Below are positions 53,612-64,000 of a stretch of 64,000 bases of DNA, piece after piece. The notes under the pieces are model-generated. The model ran no database searches. It was not told where the DNA came from and saw only the letters and a program-made list of their open reading frames with translations. The translations under genes and the position numbers were made by a program. Origin of the DNA: Prorocentrum cordatum. Lineage: Eukaryota. Location: the NCBI GenBank assembly GCA_963575745.1, contig CAUYUJ010000205.1, forward strand, positions 1-64,000, read 5' to 3'. Within the stretch, counting starts at the first letter, position 1. Every line of letters begins with the position of its first letter.

Positions 53612-55849
53612 GGATGATGATGATGAGGATGATGGTGATGGCGATGTATGGTGGTAATGGTGGTGGTGGCCCTTGGGGGAGATAGGCAAAGGATGGGGGG
53701 CATACCGATGATGAGGAGGAAAGCAGCTGAGACAGGAGGATATGGGCGAGTGCGGCGATGCAGATGAGCGGGAGGGAGGAATTATGAGGAGGGAGAGGGT
53801 GACAGGGAGGAGAATGCGGTGGAGGCGGGGAGGAGACGCTATGCACGGCTATATTTTTTTGAGGGGCGTGGGGCATGAACTACGGGGTAGGGCAGGCAGG
53901 GCGTGATTAGTAATCGGATGGAGATGGTGGACATGGGTAAAACCAGGGGGTGGAGCTGGAGCAGGGATAGCAACGTCGGCACTGGCACGAGCTGGTGTCG
54001 GATGAAGGCGCAGGGCAGTAGCATGCGAATAACGAGGGCGAGGGGGAAGAGCAGACGAAGAGGATTAGAAGGATGATGGGGATGAAGCAAGTGGGGAGAG
54101 GAGGGGGCGGCGGTGGGATAAGGATAACGAAGATGAGGGTGATCAGGAGGAAGGGGGGGGAGGAGGCGGCGGAGGAGGAGGCCTGGCAGACGGCCGAGCG
54201 TGTTCGGGCCGCCTCGGGAGCGCGAGGGAGTCGCCTCGAGGGCGCGCTCTGGACAAACGCCCCCCCCCTCCGATCTCATCTCCTCGTCCTTGCTGTCGGC
54301 GTCGCATCCGCTGCCATCGTCGTTGCCGTTGCCGCTTATGGTGCAATCGTTTCCGCGGATGCCCCGCCCGACCACCGCGACCCCAGCGGGGTCTCCCAAC
54401 GCCTAGCGCTCGCGGAAAATGGGCACGGGCATAAGATACAGTGGGCCGCGGGCCGACAGAACAACGAAAACGCGCATCACATTGAGACTTCCAAACATAA
54501 TAAACAAGCTGCGCGTAGGGAACGATAATGCAACGCACGGTGGGGGCACCCACCAAACACAACCTTACTCACATGGTGTAGGTGAAAAAACATTAGTACG
54601 ACAACGCCGCCGACATAAAACAAAAACAAGGAGGCATGTGGGCGGTGTGGGTTCGGCGCAGGGTGGGGGAGGTCGAAGCCTTGCGTTTGTGGGGGCCTGC
54701 GCAAGTGCATTGGTGCGCCTTATCTCTTGTACGCAGCTTTGTCGCTGTGGATCGGTCGCCTGCCATCGGCGCTCCGGCATCTTTCTCTCGGCGCCAAGCT
54801 ACTGCTCCCAATCGCGCGTGACATTGTCCGGCGGTGCAATTGCGAAACTCACTCGGGCGCGTGGCGCCCAGCACATGAGCGCATTTAGGCATTCGTGGTC
54901 GCTTTTGCCGCGTGTCCGCAGGCGGACGGTGGCTGGCAAGTTCTGTCTCTGCCGCCGCGCGAGGCCGACCTGGCGCAGTCTTTCCAGACCTTTTTTGTGG
55001 GCTCCGATCCTGCCGACATGCGTCGCGCGCAGTGTCAGGATCTCGGCAGGTCCCTCGAGCTTTTGAGGCGCGCGTATGAATATCTGCGCGACGCGAACGA
55101 GCAGTATGCCGCGGTGCGGTGGGTCGAGGATGCGGCGCGGGGGTTTGCTGACGCGGATGGCGATGCATCTTCTTCCTGGGTCTTTCGCGCCGCCTCGCCG
55201 CGCGCGTGGCCGCGGGGGTCGAGGGCGCCCGCGCTCGCCAGGAGGGCCCTGCGGAAGCCGTGGAGTCGGGCGCTGGTGCGGACTCTGCGGCGCGTTCGCA
55301 TGGCCGCGCAGGCGATGGGGGCGCGGCGGAGGAGGGGTCTTCCGCTGTCGGGGAGGCAGTGCGCGCAGCCGCGGTGGGGGGCGTGGGCGGGCTCTGCGCT
55401 GTCGACGGCCCAGGCTGTGACGATGACGGGGGGGAGGGGAATTGCGTGGGGGCTGCCGACGACGCCGACGGTGGCCTGGTCGAGCGAATGCTGCGCTGCG
55501 GTGGCGCGCGCTGATATGCAATCTGATCTGGGCCGCCAGTGGGGGAAGGTGCAGGCGAGCCTCCAGAAGGCGGAGGTGCTCCTGGCAGAGAAGGCGAAGG
55601 TTGAGGCGCGCGCGAGGCCTCTGGGCGGCATGGGGAATTTCGTGGACCGAGATCTCGACAGGTGCTTGGGGGAAGCGACTCGCGGGCGATGCTCGCGGCC
55701 CTGCCCTTCGACAAGTTGGCGTCGACGTGCAGGCCGCGCATCTCCAGCATCGGCCTCTTGAGAGCCTTGGGGGCCTCGCGGGGCGGAAAGCTTGGATTTT
55801 CGTTTCAGGGGTTCCTTTTTCGGCCCTTCGTGGTGCCATGTTGGGACCC

Positions 55850-56060
55850 TCTTAGGCTGTCATGAGGCCCTTTCGTTTCTTGGGGCCCTCTTGGGAGGCC
55901 TCTTGGGGGCGTCTTGGGGCGTCTTGGCGCCTTCTTGGGCCGTGTTGGGGCCGTCCTGGGCATCTTGGAACGAGCTTTGGGCGTCTCGGGGCCCTGTTTG
56001 TTTGGGCGTCTTGGCGGCCTCTCGGGGCCCTGTTGGCCCGTCTTGGAGCTCTCTTGGACG
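55850..56060. repeat. Degenerate short TCTTGG/GGCC-based tandem repeat
   Basis: Recurrent (G/C)TCTTGG(G) every 10-25 bp. Confidence 0.6.
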
Positions 56061-56327
56061 CGAAAATGTCACGCGCCACCGCGCGACGGGTCCCGGAGGA
56101 ACCGCGGGAAACCCCGGCGAGTTCGAGGATTTGGGGTCCTGTCCGGGCCCCAGGGGCTCCTCAGGACCGAAGACTGGGGGCCTGGGGTTTAGGGAATGAG
56201 GCAAAATATTTGAGGACACGCTCATTCCGCGCCCAAAGGCACGGTGGCAGATTCTACAGGCTTGCGCCACATCAGCCGAGTCGTTTGGCGTTTAGGAGGA
56301 AAACGTCTTTGGTGCCCAAGCGCTGTT

Positions 56328-58790
56328 CGAACGAACGAACGAACGACGCGCTCCGTCGGCCCAGAGGCCGTCCCGAGACGGGTGGCGCGGTGGCGCCTCA
56401 GCGCCCTCAGTTCTGGTACTCGACGGTGCATTCCAGCCAGCGTTTGCACTGCCCCCCACGCCGCCGGGCGCGGTTCTCTGGCTCCCAGTTAAATGCAATC
56501 TGTGCCCACGACTCTGTGTCAGTACTCATGCGTCCAAGCCAACGTACTGCGGCTTTGCGGTGTTCTGCAACCCAATCACGTAGATTCAGACGCGCAACAC
56601 GGTGTTCAGCATCATGCGTAGCCCTCCTCACCCAATCGACCCATGGCTACAGATCCGCATCACAAGCGTGCGAAGCATCGCGGGAAAGAAGACGACGACG
56701 ATGACGATGTAGTCGTTGACTGTCGGTGCTCTCTGCGCCTGGGCATGCGGATAATCATTCTTAGCATTGTCCTTTGTGTTCGACGAATACTGTCCTCGAG
56801 TTCGCGCATCAGCACCCACGTGGCCGAGCCGCACTGGCAGAGCACCGTGTCAGTTACTGAGCTGTCAAACAACCGGAGACTCGCATTTAATGGATAGCTT
56901 CTGTCCGTGAGCTTTGCGCGGTGCTGCATGGAACACTTCCAAGAACAACGAATGCGATTGTTGGTCTCCACTTCATGGGGCCGGTCGAAACCCACCATTC
57001 TGCCAAGATGTTTCATGCTTCCGCTATCAGGAGCAATATCAATGCCTATGTCGCCAATCATGACCTTCGGCTCCTTCGGTCTGCCTGTGCCCCTGGTCGC
57101 GTTGCTTAGAATCTTTGTTTTGTCTGGGTGTAGTTCGAGTCCAACTCTGGCCGCGGCGCCTTTGATGTCCTGGAACATGGTCTTGAGCTACCTCAGCGTG
57201 CTGGACACGAGGAGACTGTCATCCGCAAAACGTAAATTTGTCAGCTGTGTGTGCTCCGTGAATCCCATCTTCAAGCCCCAACCTTTCCCAAGCCATTTCT
57301 GCTTCACTTCGCTCACAACGTCTTCTATGAGACAATTGAACAACAAAGTGCTCAGCGGGTCCCCTTGTTTCGTTCCACGCTGGATCTCGTAACGCTTGCT
57401 CAGGCAATCAATGCGTATTCTGGCTGTTTGTCCAGTGTAAAGCTTCTGACGCAGAGATATGTATCCGGATGGAACGCCGTGTCGGGCAATCGCGCGCCAC
57501 AAAGAACGGTGTTCAACACAATCAAATGCCTTTTTGAAGTCCAGGGCGGCGAGCCACAAGCCACACTGCCATTCGTGGCATTTCTCCTGAAGCATAGACA
57601 CAGTAAACATGTGGTGCACGGTGCTGAGGCCTTTCCTGAAACCCGCCTGGTCCATACTTTGGCGCTTGTCCAATATAGGGCACAATCTGTAGTATAATAA
57701 CTTTGCAAACAGTTTGTAAAGCAGGGGGATGATGATCATCGGGCGGTAATTGTTGGCATCAGCGACGTCGCCGGCCTTATGCAGTACAGTCACAGCCGAT
57801 TTCTTCCACGATTTCGGCGGGGACGCCGACGGTGAAATTATATTGTTGCGCAGATCCAAAAGTAAAGCTTCGACAGTAACACCAGCATTTTTCAGCATCT
57901 CTGCACATACCCCGTCTTGATCGCAGCACTTACCGTTCTTGAGACTCGCCAACTGCTCGCGCAGTTCTTCAATGGTAAAAGGTTGAATTGTCTCTGCTTC
58001 CAAATCGTTTACATCAGAATCTGGTTCATGTGCTGCCGCAGTGGTACTGTACAGCTTGGCGTAAAAATCGGCAAACACGTCTGCGATGCCCTGCCGGTCA
58101 GTATGAATAGCGCCCGTGCTGTCCGTTATGTGCGTGATCAGCTTCTTTTTCTTGATGGTCTTCAGCTTCGGTATGCTTCTTGTGTCCCTGAATGCTGTAA
58201 GGACCTCCTGGATTCGTGTAGTGGCCTGGCTCCTTCTGACACGCCGGACCTGTTTACGGATGTTCTTGCTCAAAGTTGTTCTTTCTGCTCCTGTCATAGC
58301 TTGCGTCTCCTTCCGTTGCGAAATAAGCCGCTGCAGCTCCATCTCGTCCCTTGAAGGTTGAACTTGACATTTCTGAGCCGCTTGGGCACTGGGAGCAGAA
58401 CCAACCATGATCTTCGTGATAACCTCACAATCGGTATCGGGATCCCCAGTGCTTTGATATCTCTGCTCCTCGTTTGGGTCTCCTCGGTAAACCGGCGTGC
58501 ATCAACAGATTTCCAAGGAACTTGCTGTACGTGGTCCTTCTTTTTGGCATTGTGCTTCGGCTTACTCGCAAAACGCATTTTGAGCAGCACTGGTTTGTGG
58601 TCTGATCCCATGTTCAAAACGCCAGTCGAACAAGAATCGAGTACACGAGGCAAAAGCTGAAAGTCCACCAATATATAATCAATTTGTCGCTCGTTGCCGT
58701 TCGCCCCACGGTGCGTGAACATATAGGGATGCCGCTTTGGAAAGAAAGTGTTCGTGATGCTGAAACGTTCTGTGCAAGGTGGCAAAGGTG
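56328..58790 (-). mobile_element. 5'-truncated RTE-like LINE (APE C-terminus + RT), decayed
   Basis: ITNTFF, QIDYILV, SDHKPV; NYRP, QAGFR, LDFKKAFD, GTKQGDPLS, LRFADD; possible (GTTC)n tail near 56328-56346; stop at 57188-57190 and frameshifts. Confidence 0.9.
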
Positions 58791-61700
58791 GCAAAGGTTA
58801 CAAGTTTATGATGTTGATGGTGATGACGAAAAGTTTGTGGAGGAGGAATATGAGGTAGCATGAAAAATGGGGTGGGAAGAAGGAGGACGAGGGCGACGAC
58901 GACTATGATGGACCTGCCCTGAATGGAGAGATGGGGAGGGGATGCGGGGGAGGGGGTCGGAGGGGGCGGAGTGGGGAGGAGAGATGCAGAGTCGTGGAGG
59001 GGGATGGAGGCAGATGCTGTGGAGGTGCCCAAAGGACAACGACGAAGGGTATGGGGAGGGGAATTGGGCGGACAGGGCGGTTCCCGCTTCTCTCGGGACC
59101 GTGGTGTGGGCTGGCCACATTGGCGACTTTGAGAGCATGCCCCGGGCTTGCATGTTGGAGGTTTAGAGGTTCCCTTTCCTCCACCTCCTCCTCCTCCTCC
59201 TTTTCCGCCGGTTCCCGCTTTGTCCGTTTCCCCATCCTTCTTCCTGTTCGGACTGAGGGGCACGAGTAGGCCGTGGGCGAGAGGCTCAGGCCTAAGTGGT
59301 CCGCCCAAGTTTTTACCAGTAGTCGGAGCGCGAACTGTTCGCTCGCATGCTTGATACATTTTCAAGTCGCATAGCGGAACTCCTGGGAGATGTCCGGCTT
59401 GACCCAGGTAGAGCGGTCTCTTGATGAGGGACAAGTGCATGTCGATTTTCGAGGAGGTGGGGGATATGCCGGAAGCGCAGAAAACAACCGCAACGCAGGC
59501 GGGGATAGGGTGTATCGGAAATGCGCTGAGAAACGCGATGATCTGACGCGCCAGTCAAACAATCGCAAACTTAATCCAAAATTTGAGTCAACGCCGCTGA
59601 CGCGCGCGTCGTGCGGGGGAAGTGCCTCGGCCACGAAACACTTGAAGAATGGCAAGTGGAACGTCGCCGAAAAGCGAAACAGGAGCGCGCGGCATGCGCG
59701 TATTACAAAAACTTCAGAATCACGGCGCGCAGTTGGCAAGTGTATCAGCGCAGCGGCACGTGCCACAATAATTGCCGAAATCGGCGTTTCCCGTGGCGTG
59801 TGGCAATGTCGCGCGCGCCGGCAGGGCCTACACCCTGAAGTGCACATCATGCAGACGATGCCCCATCGGATGATTGTGCTATCGAGTCTGCAATGGCGCT
59901 ACACGTGCCGAAATCCGTGGAAGGAGCATTAGTGGGGGACCGAGCGGGCGGGAGGACGATAACGATGAAAATGGGATTGCTAAGAAAAGCGAGGGAAGAG
60001 GGGGACGGAACGGATGAGGAGGAAGGGGAGGAGGAATCAGGGGAGGAGGGAGAAGAAGAGGAGGGAGGAGGAGGAGGATGATGATGAGGAAAAGGAGGAA
60101 GAGGAGGTGGCGGAGAGGAGGCCCAATACGAGGACGAGGACGAGGTGGAGGAGGAGGAGGAGGAGGAGGAGGAGGAGGAGGAGGAGGAAAAGGAGGAAGA
60201 TGGAGGAGGAGGAGGCGGAGGAGGCGGAGGAGGAGGAGGAGGAGGAGGAACAGGAGGAACGCTGCTGTCGTGGCTCGTCATTTTGTTGTTTGGTTGGAGT
60301 GGGGCGCCGCGGCAAGCGTCGTGCCTTGCCTTTTTGTACGCAGCAGTTGGGCTCGAGGAAAATGCCAGGTTTTGTTTGAAATGATGTTGCACGTGCCGGC
60401 TTGTGTGACAGGTGCGGGTGTGGATTCCTAGCGGGGGCGCGTTCTTGGAAAGGGCGTGCTGTTCGGAAGTTTTCCCGTGGGCAGTTTTTGGGCCTGCTAT
60501 TGCTTGCCATTTGCTGTTGTGCAGTGGGATCTGAGGTATTTCATGCGTTCGCCTGCAGTGGTTGCATTGTTTCACTGGGGATTTGATTCTGCACAATGAC
60601 CTGCCCCTGCGGGTTGATGCAGTTGTGTTCTACATTCGTATCTCTCTTAGCAGGAGTGGTCTTTCATTTGTCGGAGCCTCAAAGTTCGGTGGCGTTCCTG
60701 CAAACGGTCGGTTGCGTCTTGCCCCGCAAATGTGAAAGCGGACAGGTAGCCTTCCGTTCGCAGCATGGTTTCTTCATTGTTCTTTGAGCGCGAATATACA
60801 TTCAGTTGTTGGAGCCTCACTGGTTGAGTTCGAGTTGTTCCTCCAAATGTGTGTGTTTCGTGCCCAGTGTGCACTCACATGTCATGTGGAAGAGTCGGAG
60901 AACTGGTGAACCTGCGGAGGGCTATGTGTCGGAGCAAGATGAATCATAGTTCGCAATGGTATAGGCACCCTGTTAGTTCAGGGTGGTGTTCTTGGGGGCA
61001 CGTTTGCCGGGCACGTTTTTTTTTCCCCCTCCAGTTTTGGAAAGTGCGGGCTGGAAGTGTTTAGTTGTGTTCACGTTGGGGCGGTTCTATGCTGTCCAGT
61101 AGCGGGACAGAAACATTCAGTGGTCATAGGTTTTGTCGGGACCTTGGGAAAACGTTCTGATTGATTTTGCTCTGCGTGGCAGTGGTGTTGGTGTTGCACT
61201 CGGTGTTGCAACGCCGTTGCGCGTTGCTGGTATCGTTCTCTCAGGTTTGTTGGCACGAGCGGCCATTCATGTTTGGGATCCTCGCCGATTTATCCCAGAT
61301 ATGTTCCTTTCACGGGATGTTGTTTTTGCCCAGTTAGTGTTTGCTGTGGAGGGGTAGCTTTTCGCTGGCAGCATGCGCAGTCCCGTTCCCATGACCGTGA
61401 CAGTGCGCTGATCATGATAGTCTTGTCAATTTGATGCAGCTTCTTCGGTTGATCCCCGGTGTGTTTCTCCTGCCGGCTGTTTTGCTTGGTCACTATGGGA
61501 GTACGGGAGGTTCTTCGATTGCTATGTGGTGGTATGGTGGAGTCGGATAGGTAGCAGTCCCAGATAGATGGCAGCCCGCAGGGGTTGTTCGTGCATCGCG
61601 CTGGGAGGTTTTTCTTGTGTATGCTTTGTAGCTTTGAGGTTGTTGTGTTGTGCCCGTGGACGTGGTCTTGCGGGGCTTGCTCTTCTCGCTCGATATTTGG

Positions 61701-62549
61701 ACAGTTTCTCGTTGCGTTGTTTCCTGCTCGACCTTTGTTTTTGTATCATGTTGTGTTGTACGTTTAGCATCTGGATTTTTGGCAGTGTCTGTGCACTTCG
61801 GGCAAGGGCGCAGCAATACGAGCTGCAACGGGGTTGTAGTCATGCGTGGCGTGGGCTGTATGCGATGCGGTGTCACTAGTCGGTGCTGCCTGTCTTGGAA
61901 TCTTTGGTGCGCCGGTCGATTTGAGGGTTCGTCGGCTGTGCTTTGTTTGGCTTATTGATTTGTGTCTGCGTGCGGCGACGGCTTGTCAAGGGTTGCGATT
62001 GTTGCTGCACTTGGTGTCCTCGCCGCCGACAGCCCCCGTCCCGACAAAACCACGGCTCCCGCTCGAGACTTCCCCCCTTCTTACTCCAGGCGGTGTTCTT
62101 CCTCGCCGCCGACAACCGCCGTCACAACAAAACCAGCGTTCCCGCTCGAGACTTGGTTTTGTTTTACGCTGGACTAGCGCCCTACTCTCTTCAGCATTGG
62201 CGCCGCTCCCAGCAAGAACAGCGGCCCTGCTCGAGACTTCCGCCCCTTCTATTCAGGGCCAGGTCCTTGCCTCGCCGCCGACCGCCCCCATCCCCACCAA
62301 GGCAATCCTGTCGCTCGATACTTGCTTGTGCTTTACCCTTGGCTGGGGCTCCACTGGCGGTCTCGCATCGGCGCAGCAAATCGCGGGCATGCGTTTTCGA
62401 GGCGGGATATGTTGAAATCCCTTGGAGGAGGTGTTTGCAAGACCTCCATTGGACGGACCCCGCTATAGAACAATAGTCCCTCATGGTGGTGATGGTTATC
62501 ATGATGGTCGCAGGCTTCGTGTGGAAACATCGCGCATGCGGGTAAACTG

Positions 62550-63110
<561 letters not shown>

Positions 63111-63270
63111 ACTCTCATTCTTGAAGAATAATTATTGTTGATCCCCCCCACCGGTGCACATTGATTTTTTTCGATTGAAGTGCCACCCCCGGGGCTCGCA
63201 CCTTGTTTTTTCTCAAGGAAAGTCTTCCTGCTCAAACTGTGCCCCTGCCCCCCGGGCTACAACAACAAGG

Positions 63271-63680
63271 CTCCCGCCTGAGACTTCTTCGATTTTTACT
63301 CAGGACCCCCGCTCCCGCCTGAGACTTCCGCGCAATTTACTCAGGAAAGGCGCTCCCGTCTGAGACTTCCTCGCAATGTAATCAAGACCCCCGCTCCCGC
63401 CTGAGACTTCCGTGCAATTTACGTGGGAACGGCGCTCCCGCCTGAGACTTCTTCGAAATTTACTCAGGACCCCCGCTCCTGCCTGACATTTCCGCGCAAT
63501 TGACTCAGGAACGGCGCTCCCGCCTGAGACTTCCTCGCAATTTAGTGAGGACCCCCGCTCCCGCCTGAGACTTCCGTGCAATTTGCTTAGGAACGGCGCT
63601 CCCGCTTGAGACTTCCTCGCAACTTAGTCAGGGCCCCCGCTTCCGCCTGAGATTTCCTCACAATGTACTCAGGACTGCGC
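63271..63680. repeat. 41-bp minisatellite, about 10 copies, alternating variants
   Basis: CTCCCGCCTGAGACTTCCnCGCAATTTACTCAGGA(CCCCCG/ACGGCG) at 63271, 63312, 63353 and onward. Confidence 0.9.
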
Positions 63681-64000
63681 TCTCGCGTGCGACGTCCTCA
63701 TAAATTATTCTGGAAATGCGTTTCGGCGCTCAGGAAACACGCACGCGCCAAGGACGCCTTCACAACGTGGTATCTTCCCTCTTCCTTCGTCCTTCCCCCT
63801 CCCCTTCCTCCCACTCTCCCTCGTTCTTCCCCTCCTCCTCTTGCAGGGCCCGCGCCAATTCCAATGGCGGGCAGAGAGATGTACGCCCCCGAAGGATTGT
63901 CCGCCCGTTCCGGTTTGCCCGTGCGTCTAAGCCCGCCGGCCCCAGCAAAGAGAAATAATCCCCCCGAAAGGGGTGTAATCGAAGACGAAGAGGGCGGGCA

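Larger units (their letters stand above)
43443..55760 (+). pseudogene. Multi-exon protein-coding gene(s) of unknown function, partly disrupted
   Basis: GC3-rich exons about 43940-44547, 44692-45414, 46267-46383, 47300-48130, 50543-51294, 51880-52488, 52701-53200; in-frame joins VVLK|ADYPE, KRAK|AVACK, WQTK|VKALL, FWGK|VVSTS. TAG at 44899-44901 and a frameshift near 44030. Ends and single-gene status are uncertain. Confidence 0.6.

Noticed and set aside
59390..59932. 180-aa ORF as a gene
   Set aside because: No recognisable motif or exon context, so it cannot be supported without a search.

Overview
Repeat-dense eukaryotic DNA, most likely dinoflagellate (inferred from GC/GA intron donors with AG|G junctions and a possible spliced-leader relic). 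Bases 1-39.7 kb are a nested pile of at least four non-autonomous element families (my labels A-D). All begin with T, end in CCAG/CAAG, carry family-specific subterminal inverted repeats and hairpins, and insert immediately before a T with no target duplication, which is Helitron/Helentron-like. Removing 5333-38168 rejoins a decayed hAT-like transposase frame. A full-length APE-RT LINE (19950-25791) and a truncated relative (about 28265-28660) both sit in the loop of these elements' 3' hairpin, and the LINE's RNase H motifs are in circularly permuted order. To the right lie a PHD-finger ORF, an array of 22 phased 20-bp palindromes with unique spacers, a decayed multi-exon gene of unknown function, an RTE-like LINE fragment and simple repeats. 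No rRNA, tRNA, cas or Rep/helicase gene was recognised. All calls are by eye and no searches were run.
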